Notes under the pieces: model-generated | Database searches by the model: none | What the model was told of the DNA's origin: nothing | Seen by the model: the letters and a program-made list of their open reading frames with translations, nothing else | From: a virus | Lineage: Duplodnaviria; Heunggongvirae; Uroviricota; Caudoviricetes | Strand: one strand, 5' to 3' | Length of the DNA: 6,692 nucleotides | Virus record (IMG/VR): IMGVR_UViG_3300001493_000033 | Made by a program: the position numbers and the translations under genes | Shown here: positions 1 through 6,173 of the stretch, piece by piece | Position numbering within the stretch: the first letter of the stretch is position 1 | Layout: each line of letters begins with the position of its first letter

Positions 1-10
1 GTGAATAATG

Positions 11-221
11 GGTGAAGGGTGAACATTCGATTCTTCACCTCCGGCATTCTGCCGGTGTGACTCATACCGGTGATTAATCCNCCGNACTGAAAATCACNCA
101 GGGAGAAAAAAGTTTTTTTTTGATTTGATTGTTCACACTGTTCACCTTTCATTTTTCTCTTTAAATTTCAGTGTGATAACGGGTGAATATACGGTGAAGG
201 GTGAACAGTGGATTGTTCACC
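11..221. repeat. Iteron cluster, crr-like (cis replication region) downstream of alpha
   Basis: Exact TGTTCACC at 139-146 and 214-221 and GGTGAACAG at 200-208; one-mismatch copies at 18-25, 32-39, 130-137, 182-189, 193-200; both orientations. Matches the octamer I recall as the P4 alpha-binding type I iteron. Confidence 0.6.
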
Positions 222-239
222 TTCGGGGAATTCAGGGAT

Positions 240-264
240 AAAAAAAGACCGGCAGATGCCGGTC
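240..264 (-). terminator. Intrinsic terminator of the alpha operon
   Basis: Inverted repeat gaccggca/tgccggtc at 247-264 (7-8 bp stem, GC-rich), followed on the minus strand by a 7-U run (A-run 240-246 on plus); begins 8 nt after the alpha stop codon (272-274). Confidence 0.6.
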
Positions 265-271
265 AGGTGGG

Positions 272-2605
272 TCAGGCTGTCGCAGGGTCGTCACATTTTG
301 GCAGCCAGTCGCCGTAGCTTTCCTCTTTCAGCGTCAGGTTGGTCTGTATCCCCTGTTTGGTATGGCGCTTCTCGTAATTCAGTCCGTATTCCTTCAGCAT
401 CACCGGCAGCCCCAGCCCGAACATTTTCAGACTGAGTACATTCCGGTAGCCGTTTGCCTCCATGTAGGCCAGATAGGCGTGATAGAGGTATTTACAGTAA
501 TTACGCGGGATGATACTGGCGTTCCCCATATACATGCCGCTGGTCTGCGGCAGGGTTTCCAGATAGCCGATAAAATCAAACGTCGGGTCGGCATCCCGTT
601 TGATGTTCAGTGCCTCGTCTGAGTTCTGCTGGGACTGAAGCAGTGACCGGGCGAGCATCGGGTCGCTGAATTTCTGCATCAGGTGACGCACGATGACCGC
701 CAGCTCGCGGGTGATTTTGTCCTTAAGCTGCGGGTCGCGCTCCTGCGGGGCTATCTGTTCCGGGAAGTGAATAATCACCCGCCGGCGTGACACGCCGCCG
801 CTGCGGTCGGTGAAGCGCATCGGGTTATTGTTCACGGCCAGAATNACCGCCGGNATATGCGTGGAGTACGCATCCCGGTATTTCGGGTCCACGGACACCG
901 CATCGCCGCCGGTGATGGCCTTGAGTCCGGCACCGTCGCCGCTCCATTTTTCCTGNTCCGGCAGGCGTATCAGTGAGAAGCCAGTTAACGCGGCACGTTC
1001 ACGCGGGGATTCCAGCGTCTCNATGGTGGCCGACGTGGCGTTATCCTCNCCNGCCAGCAGGGTGGCTATTTCGGCCATGATACTTTTGCCGCTGCCGCCG
1101 GGACCGGTCACCTCCAGAAAGAGCTGCCAGTCGTAGCGGTTTGCCAGCACCATAAACAGTGCNGCCAGAATCACGTCGCGTTTTTCCGCACGNCCACCGG
1201 CGGCACGGTCAAGCCAGCGCCAGAACGCGGGNGCGTGGGTTTCCAGCGTTTCACCNTCCACCGGCGGGGTGAAATCCACATCGCACAGGGTGCGCATCCA
1301 GTGTGACGGACTGTGCGGGTGGAACGTGCCGTTCTGCGTGTCGAGCACGCCGTTACGAAAGCCAATCAGGCGGCGGGAGGGGGCTTCCTGCTGCGGAATA
1401 ATCAGCTTCAGGGTGTCCACCACGGAGGCCACCTTCCCGGAGGAGAACGGCGCGCGCAGACGCTGAAACAGCCCGGCCACATCCCGGGCAAAGTCCTGTG
1501 GTGGCAGCACCTTCCAGACACCATTTTCATAACGGGACAGAAGCTGGCCGTTGGCATCAACCGCGAGCGCCTCGCCGTAATGCTCATAGATACGCATGGC
1601 CTTTTCGCTGGTACTCATGGCGGAAAACTCCGCTTCGCTCATGGTGTCGAACGGGCTTTCAGCCGGTGGCCGGATGGCATCGTAAATGGCCTTACGGGNG
1701 GCCTCCCCGCCGTACTGCGTGAAGGCATCATTCCAGTCACCGAAGACCGGCGGCAGGGCAACAACGCCCTCACACGCATCTGCGGCTGCGGCGGCTTTTT
1801 TCTGGCCGTCACCGCTGAGGTCACGGTCTGCGGCAAGGACAATCTGACAGGCCGGATGCTTCTGCCGGGCAAGGCTGGCCAGAGAAAGGAGGTTCACGGA
1901 AGAAAGCGCCACCATCACCGTTTCACCGGTCAGGTGATGTACGGTAAGTGCGGTCGCGTATCCCTCCGCTATCCACAGACGTTTTCCGGCCTGATTCTGT
2001 CCTTCAAGGNTGTGACAGGTGCCCCTGACCTGNCCGCCTTTCAGGGTGCGCTTACGGCCGTCAGCACTGATTAACTGAAGGTTAACCAGTTCGCCGCTGT
2101 CGTCATACAGTGGCACCACAAGGTCACCGGCGCGCCAGCTCACGCCACCGGCTCTGTGTGTGCCGGTCAGCATCCGGCATTCCCGGCCGGGAAAGCCCTT
2201 GCGGGTCAGGTAGGCGTTACCGGTTCCGGGACGGGTTTTCGCCATCAGGGTTTGTGCCAGTGCGGCGGCGTTCTTCCGGGCAGCGTCTGTTTCAGCACCG
2301 GCGGCNGCCGTCACTGCCGGGTCAGCCGGGGGCAGGCTGCCGGTCACGGCAGCCACCTTTGNGGCCGCGTCGGACGGGGAAACACCAAACACCTTTTCAA
2401 CCAGTTTCAGGCCGTCACCGGCACCACACTGATTGCAGTACCAGGTGCCGCGCCCCTCCCTGTCATCAAAACGGAANCGGTCACTCCCGCCACAGACCGG
2501 ACAGGGCTGATGACGGTTNTTCAGCACCTGAATCCCCAGCGCCGGGAGAATACGCGGCCAGTGGCCGAGCGCATGGCTGACGGTGGCGGTTACGTTNATT
2601 TTCAT
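272..2605 (-). CDS. alpha: P4 alpha-like multifunctional replication protein (zinc-binding primase N-terminus, TOPRIM, SF3/D5-type helicase), 777 aa
   Basis: N-terminal zinc motif CPVCGG...CNQCG; TOPRIM-like LWIAEGYATA...AADRDLSGDG; Walker A GPGGSGKS; RBS AAGGAG 9 nt before ATG at 2605-2603. Several X residues come from ambiguous bases but the frame stays open. Confidence 0.9.
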   Translation of the reverse strand: MKXNVTATVSHALGHWPRILPALGIQVLXNRHQPCPVCGGSDXFRFDDREGRGTWYCNQCGAGDGLKLVEKVFGVSPSDAAXKVAAVTGSLPPADPAVTXAAGAETDAARKNAAALAQTLMAKTRPGTGNAYLTRKGFPGRECRMLTGTHRAGGVSWRAGDLVVPLYDDSGELVNLQLISADGRKRTLKGXQVRGTCHXLEGQNQAGKRLWIAEGYATALTVHHLTGETVMVALSSVNLLSLASLARQKHPACQIVLAADRDLSGDGQKKAAAAADACEGVVALPPVFGDWNDAFTQYGGEAXRKAIYDAIRPPAESPFDTMSEAEFSAMSTSEKAMRIYEHYGEALAVDANGQLLSRYENGVWKVLPPQDFARDVAGLFQRLRAPFSSGKVASVVDTLKLIIPQQEAPSRRLIGFRNGVLDTQNGTFHPHSPSHWMRTLCDVDFTPPVXGETLETHXPAFWRWLDRAAGXRAEKRDVILXALFMVLANRYDWQLFLEVTGPGGSGKSIMAEIATLLXXEDNATSATXETLESPRERAALTGFSLIRLPXQEKWSGDGAGLKAITGGDAVSVDPKYRDAYSTHXPAXILAVNNNPMRFTDRSGGVSRRRVIIHFPEQIAPQERDPQLKDKITRELAVIVRHLMQKFSDPMLARSLLQSQQNSDEALNIKRDADPTFDFIGYLETLPQTSGMYMGNASIIPRNYCKYLYHAYLAYMEANGYRNVLSLKMFGLGLPVMLKEYGLNYEKRHTKQGIQTNLTLKEESYGDWLPKCDDPATA

Positions 2606-2619
2606 GGTGTTGTTCTCCT

Positions 2620-2940
2620 TCAGTGCAGTACCGGCGCTTTTATGTGACGGGCACAGAGTTCATCCNTCACAACCAGCCCGAGAAAGGACAGCGACGGCGC
2701 GGCCTTCAGGGGGCCGGATTCCATTAAATCTTCCAGCAGGGCACAGGCTATCTGACGCCCTTTTTCCTCACCGTGCTGGCGCAGATAAAAGCCTTCCAGC
2801 TCAGCGGCGATGGCCGCCTCCAGTGACTCAAGGGTGAGATGCGGGTAGCGGTGCTGACGTTCGCACACGGTCAGCCAGGCACAGGCGACAGCGCGACGGT
2901 AAAGGGCAGCGCGTAAGACGGGCGGTAAGGGTGTTTTCAT
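2620..2940 (-). CDS. Hypothetical protein, 106 aa, immediately upstream of and coupled to alpha
   Basis: ORF with RBS GGGAGG upstream of ATG at 2940; its TGA stop (2622-2620) overlaps the alpha RBS. No domain recognised by eye. Confidence 0.7.
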
Positions 2941-3075
2941 TTGCTTTCCTCCCTGTGACAGATGACTGCATTCCGTGCCGGTTGCATTAACTGATAAGGC
3001 ATATCTGCGTCTCCTGAAGACGTGCGTATCCCTGCGCGAATACGCACATTTAATTTTTCGGGTGTCGTTTTTTAA

Positions 3076-3704
3076 TTACAGATAATTGCGGTAACTGTTA
3101 TCCGGGGTGGTTTCCGGGTCAGGCTCCGTGCGGGGAATTTCCCGCCATTCCCGCGCTACCGGTGCTGCCCGGCTGACCGGAACAGGGTCCTGCGGGTAAA
3201 TATCCAGATATTTCTCCCGCCATTTCTGTAATTCCGGGTCTCCGGCCATTTCTTTCAGTACCGCATGCCGGTTTACGGAGCTGCGTTTAAACAGGTCAGG
3301 ACGGTCACAGGTAAATTCCCGCAGAAAACGCCCCAGCGGGATGTCTGTGGTGCGCCCGTCGGCGAGGATACGCACAAGGATACTGAATTTACGGCGGTAC
3401 GGATTCCAGACAATGTCCGGGCAGCGGTACGGCATTTCCCANNNNNNNNNNGGCTGCGTTTAAACAGGTCAGGGCGGTCACAGGTAAATTCCCGCAGAAA
3501 ACGCCCCAGCGGGATGTCTGTGGTGCGCCCGTCAGCGAGGATACGCACAAGGATACTGAATTTACGGCGGTACGGATTCCAGACAATGTCCGGGCAGCGG
3601 TACGGCATTTCCCACGGAATACCGTCTTCCAGAATGCCGACCACGGCCACATCGGGAAAACCGGCAGAACGGTAAATCTCACCGGGCTGGGGAAAATCAA
3701 ACAT
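3076..3704 (-). CDS. Hypothetical protein, P4 orf151-like; 151 aa once the gap-flanking duplication is collapsed
   Basis: The 143-aa and 119-aa ORF fragments overlap through a 162-bp duplicated segment either side of the N run; merging at MPYRCPDIVW gives 32 + 119 = 151 aa. RBS GGGAG 9 nt before ATG (3704-3702), which overlaps the upstream gene stop (ATGTTTGA). Confidence 0.65.
3280..3614. repeat. Duplicated 162-bp segment on both sides of a 10-N scaffold gap (3280-3441 and 3453-3614); probable assembly artifact
   Basis: Near-identical sequence (2 mismatches) directly flanking nnnnnnnnnn at 3442-3451; collapsing it restores a single in-frame 151-aa ORF. Confidence 0.6.
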
Positions 3705-3984
3705 GCGTCCTGTCTCCCCGGTCTTTCTGCTGGGCGAGAAAATCGCGGCACAGGCCTTTGGCTTTCAGCTCATTCAGCACAAAATCAATATCTTCATTCA
3801 GGTAACTGAAAATATGCGGAATGTAGAGCTGATGCAGGCCGGAGAGTTCACGGTGAATCAAATCACCCCCAACAAACTGGGATACGGCGCTGGCGCGGTT
3901 GAGCTTATGGTAAGCCTCAATGCTGAGGTGTTCACGGGCGTCATGACGTGCTGAGACGGTCTGAGGGGCTTTTTTATTACGCAC
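3697..3984 (-). CDS. Epsilon-position protein, 95 aa, GTG start
   Basis: Open frame ending in TGA at 3699-3697, overlapping the next start codon; in-frame GTG at 3984-3982 preceded by GGAGGU with 5-nt spacing; overlaps the stop of the upstream small ORF. Assignment is by position and size only. Confidence 0.5.
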   Translation of the reverse strand: MRNKKAPQTVSARHDAREHLSIEAYHKLNRASAVSQFVGGDLIHRELSGLHQLYIPHIFSYLNEDIDFVLNELKAKGLCRDFLAQQKDRGDRTHV

Positions 3985-4174
3985 GGGACACCTCCACCAC
4001 CGGCAGACGGGCAGCAAGGGAGAGCACATAGTCACGGACAAGGGAACGGCGGGCGCTGCGTTCATCACCGGCGACGGTGCGAAGCATGCAGATACGGGGA
4101 TGACGGTCTGCGCGACGGACAGCCGCAAACACAAAGACAAATTCAGGGTGTGAGGGGGTAAGGGTTGTAGCCAT
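3977..4174 (-). CDS. Small protein, 65 aa, Kil-position (possible host cell division inhibitor Icd/Kil-like)
   Basis: ATG at 4174-4172 with RBS GGAGG (4186-4182) 7 nt upstream; product [21 protein letters not shown]...; identical copy at 5969-6166. Function inferred from position in the P4 operon, not from sequence recognition. Confidence 0.55.
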   Translation of the reverse strand: MATTLTPSHPEFVFVFAAVRRADRHPRICMLRTVAGDERSARRSLVRDYVLSLAARLPVVEVSRA

Positions 4175-4181
4175 GATGGCA

Positions 4182-4296
4182 GCCTCCTTGAAGTAACAGT
4201 TACAGCTACCACTGGAGTTCCTACGCTCATGGGTGGTAGCCCGGACGGGGGTAGGAATACCGGCCTTCAAGGAAACCGGCCAGCCCGAAGGCTGCC
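4182..4296 (-). ncRNA. P4-type immunity leader RNA region (CI-like): seqB-like element plus seqC-like target overlapping the Kil-like RBS
   Basis: Plus-strand cttcaagg (4265-4272) and gtaggaa (4251-4257) are complementary to ccttgaag/gttcctac at 4186-4226 and again at 4408-4433; local hairpin gctaccac/gtggtagc (4205-4212/4233-4240); CAGCC-UUCG-GGCUG tetraloop hairpin (4281-4294). RNA boundaries not determinable from sequence. Confidence 0.5.
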
Positions 4297-4377
4297 CCGC
4301 CCGGACCACCATTATCTGACAGAGGCTACGGTTTAAAAACCACAGCCAGAAAAACAGGTGTGCCGAAGCAACGACGT

Positions 4378-4399
4378 AAAAAAAGACGCATGGCGCGTC
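4378..4399 (-). terminator. Intrinsic terminator between the upstream seqA-like site and the seqB element
   Basis: Minus-strand GACGCGCCAUGCGUC (6-bp stem incl. one GU, 3-nt loop) followed by U7 (A-run 4378-4384 on plus); conserved in the second copy at 6406-6427. Confidence 0.55.
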
Positions 4400-4407
4400 A
4401 TATGTCG

Positions 4408-4433
4408 CCTTGAAGTAACTCGGGTTCCTACGC
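4408..4433 (-). promoter_or_regulatory. seqA-like upstream target site (direct repeat of the seqC-like site)
   Basis: ccttgaagtaac (4408-4419) and gttcctacgc (4424-4433) repeat the motifs at 4186-4197 and 4217-4226; both are complementary to the seqB element. Confidence 0.5.
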
Positions 4434-4462
4434 CCGGCTGCCGATTTTGCGGCAGCGGAGAA

Positions 4463-4492
4463 ACTATATCCGCAAATGCCGGAAAAAGGCAA
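4463..4492 (-). promoter_or_regulatory. Candidate sigma-70 promoter (PLE-like) reading toward the immunity region
   Basis: On the minus strand, -35 TTGCCT (4492-4487), 18-bp spacer, -10 TATAGT (4468-4463); conserved in copy 2 (-35 at 6515-6520, -10 at 6491-6496). Prediction by eye only. Confidence 0.35.
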
Positions 4493-4527
4493 GCCAGAAA
4501 AAGGGACTTTTTGCAGAGCGGGCATCA

Positions 4528-4794
4528 TCATGCGTCGTACCCCCGTTTGCGTCCGGCAATGCGCCCGGCCATCCATGCGGTGATTTCAGAGTGCAGCCAG
4601 GCCACATTTTTACCGCCAAGACTCACCTGCGGCGGAAATTCCCCCTTACGGATGAGTTCATAGATGGTCGAGCGTGACAGGCCGCACAGGTGCATCACTT
4701 CCGGCAGACGTAAAAAACGCTCCTGCGTGATGTCCGGCAGCGGCATCAGTGGCGTCACAGGGGCGGGAGACGGGGAAGAAAAAACAGCTTGCAT
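4528..4794 (-). CDS. alpA: AlpA/Vis-family phage transcriptional regulator (excision/integrase regulator), 88 aa
   Basis: Product contains the AlpA-type helix-turn-helix region [27 protein letters not shown]; RBS GAGGU 6 nt before ATG (4794-4792); same size as P4 orf88/Vis. Confidence 0.88.
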   Translation of the reverse strand: MQAVFSSPSPAPVTPLMPLPDITQERFLRLPEVMHLCGLSRSTIYELIRKGEFPPQVSLGGKNVAWLHSEITAWMAGRIAGRKRGYDA

Positions 4795-4896
4795 CGGGCT
4801 ACCTCGTTAATGTCCATACAGCACCGGATAAGTCCGTCCGGCTTCGGGTAGCGCTTTATTTTGTGAATATTTTTGGCAGACGCAACAGGGGGGATT

Positions 4897-4914
4897 TGTT
4901 CCGGNAGCCTTACA
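4897..4914. promoter_or_regulatory. TGT-N12-ACA dyad, candidate Ogr/Delta-type activator site for the leftward late promoter (PLL-like)
   Basis: TGT (4897-4899), 12 nt, ACA (4912-4914); centre about 55 bp from a plausible leftward start near 4850, upstream of the regulator ATG at 4794. Confidence 0.4.
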
Positions 4915-4940
4915 ATGACTGTGTGTTTTTTGTTCATTCC

Positions 4941-4970
4941 CACTTAAAGTCATTTAAAGCCACTTAAAGC
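4941..4970. repeat. Three tandem 10-bp direct repeats (cacttaaagt / catttaaagc / cacttaaagc)
   Basis: Perfectly phased decamers at 4941-4950, 4951-4960, 4961-4970, between the leftward dyad and the ori-like iterons. Function unknown. Confidence 0.5.
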
Positions 4971-5073
4971 AATTCGTAATTTTTATAGTGAAATACAAAT
5001 CGTTTCTTCTTATTCATTCACAGCGAATTAATAAAAACAAACAGTAGTAAACAGCACAAAAAGTCCATGAGCG

Positions 5074-5178
5074 GGTGAACAGTGGTGAACAGACGGTGAA
5101 CAGTCATTACTGCGATTGTTCACCCNTTAACTTACTGTATTACTTATCTTTTTTCTTATGGTGAACAGAGGTGAACAG
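5074..5178. repeat. Iteron cluster, ori-like
   Basis: GGTGAACAG at 5074-5082, 5084-5092, 5095-5103 (about 10.5-bp phasing), 5160-5168, 5170-5178, and inverted TGTTCACC at 5117-5124; flanked by AT-rich sequence (4970-5070, 5180-5200). Confidence 0.6.
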
Positions 5179-5256
5179 TAAAATATAAAAAAACAAACAG
5201 TAAGCCGGTTTTTCCTGCGACCTTTTCCTGGCTTGCCGGTCTGAGGATGAGTCTCC

Positions 5257-5274
5257 TGTGTCAGGACTGGCACA
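5257..5274. promoter_or_regulatory. TGT-N12-ACA dyad, candidate Ogr/Delta-type activator site for the rightward late promoter (Psid-like)
   Basis: TGT (5257-5259), 12 nt, ACA (5272-5274); centre about 55 bp upstream of a predicted start near 5320, with the ATG at 5347. Confidence 0.45.
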
Positions 5275-5346
5275 TCTGCAATGCGTCGTGTTGTTGTCCG
5301 GTGTACGTCACAATTTTCTTAACCTGAAGTGACGAGGAGCCGGAAA

Positions 5347-5931
5347 ATGTCTGACAACACCATCCCTGAATATCTGCAACCCGCACTGGCACAACTGGAA
5401 AAGGCCAGAGCCGCTCATCTTGAGAACGCCCGACTGATGGATGAGACCGTCAAGGCCATTGAACGGGCAGAGCAGGAAAAAAATGCGCTGGCGCAGGCCG
5501 ACGGAAATGACGCTGATGACTGGCGCACAGCCTTTCGTGCAGCCGGTGGTGTCCTGAGCGACGAGCTGAAACAGCGCCACATTGAGCGCGTGGCACGCCG
5601 GGAGCTGGTACAGGAATATGNCAATCTGGCCGTGGTGCTGANTTTTGAACGTGAACGCCTGAAAGGGGCGTGTGACAGCACGGCCACCGCCTACCGGAAG
5701 GCACATCATCACCTTCTGAGTCTGTATGCAGAGCATGAGCTGGAACACGCCCTGAATGAAACCTGTGAGGCGCTTGTCCGGGCAATGCATCTGAGTATCC
5801 TGGTACAGGAAAATCCGCTCGCCAACACCACCGGCCATCAGGGCTACGTCGCACCCGATAAAGCTGTCATGCAGCAGGTGAAATCATCGCTGGAACAGAA
5901 AATTAAACAGATGCAAATCAGCCTCACCGGC
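5347..5931 (+). CDS. Sid/Psu-family late-operon protein, 3-prime end lost in the scaffold gap (at least 195 aa)
   Basis: ATG at 5347 with RBS GAGGAG 6 nt upstream (ORF track begins at an upstream in-frame GTG, 5329); charged, coiled-coil-like product; first gene downstream of the divergent dyad promoter. Position and length fit Sid better than Psu, but this is not resolved. Confidence 0.55.
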
Positions 5932-5968
5932 NNNNNNNNNNGCTGAGACGGTCTGAGGGGCTTTTTTA

Positions 5969-6166
5969 TTACGCACGGGACACCTCCACCACCGGCAGAC
6001 GGGCAGCAAGGGAGAGCACATAGTCTCGGACAAGGGAACGGCGGGCGCTGCGTTCATCACCGGCGACGGTGCGAAGCATGCAGATACGGGGATGACGGTC
6101 TGCGCGACGGACAGCCGCAAACACAAAGACAAATTCAGGGTGTGAGGGGGTAAGGGTTGTAGCCAT
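5969..6166 (-). CDS. Second copy of the Kil-position small protein (65 aa)
   Basis: Same ATG and RBS context as 3977-4174; the coding region lies entirely within the near-identical duplicated segment. Confidence 0.5.
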   Translation of the reverse strand: MATTLTPSHPEFVFVFAAVRRADRHPRICMLRTVAGDERSARRSLVRDYVLSLAARLPVVEVSRA

Positions 6167-6173
6167 GATGGCA

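Larger units (their letters stand above)
1..5931. mobile_element. P4-family satellite phage, replication/immunity module plus start of late operon (partial element; integrase and ends not in window)
   Basis: Gene order and sizes match the P4 left operon (88-aa regulator, RNA immunity region, small ORF, 95-aa ORF, 151-aa ORF, 106-aa ORF, 777-aa primase-helicase); octamer iteron clusters at both ends; divergent promoter region with TGT-N12-ACA dyads. Confidence 0.8.

Noticed and set aside
208-622. Short plus-strand ORFs 208-435 and 362-622
   Set aside because: They overlap the alpha terminator and the alpha 3-prime coding region on the opposite strand, and have no start context.
1313-2074. 253-aa plus-strand ORF and other ORFs (810-1136, 1498-1722, 2110-2580, 2156-2647, 1171-1365, 1639-1872) inside the alpha gene
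   Set aside because: They lie entirely within the primase-helicase coding sequence, lack ribosome binding sites, and give low-complexity Arg/Gly/Pro-rich products typical of antisense or off-frame reads of GC-rich coding DNA.
3950-3976. GC-rich segment followed by TTTTTT on the plus strand (ctgaggggcttttttatt) as a terminator
   Set aside because: No upstream complementary arm to form a stem; on the expressed minus strand this sequence is the epsilon-position start region.
3977-4576. 199-aa minus-strand ORF (and its 211-aa counterpart at 5969-6604) spanning the immunity region in frame with the Kil-like gene
   Set aside because: The N-terminal Met overlaps the AlpA coding region out of frame; the interval contains a promoter-like site, a terminator and covarying RNA pairing sites; and the two copies differ in ways that preserve RNA complementarity rather than protein sequence. 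Only the last 65 codons, after the RBS, look like a real gene.
4358-4967. ORFs 4358-4663 (+), 4447-4677 (+), 4749-4967 (+) and 4755-4943 (-) around the regulator and control region
   Set aside because: They overlap the AlpA/Vis gene on the opposite strand or the promoter/terminator region, and have no ribosome binding sites.
11-5178. The short repeated octamers as a possible CRISPR array
   Set aside because: Units are 8-9 bp, in both orientations, irregularly spaced and without spacers of uniform length; the pattern is that of replication iterons.
5415-5854. Minus-strand ORFs 5308-5838, 5415-5687 and 5450-5854 opposite the Sid/Psu-family gene
   Set aside because: Antisense to a well-supported plus-strand gene with a strong RBS and an upstream dyad promoter; products are Arg/Ser/Pro-rich.
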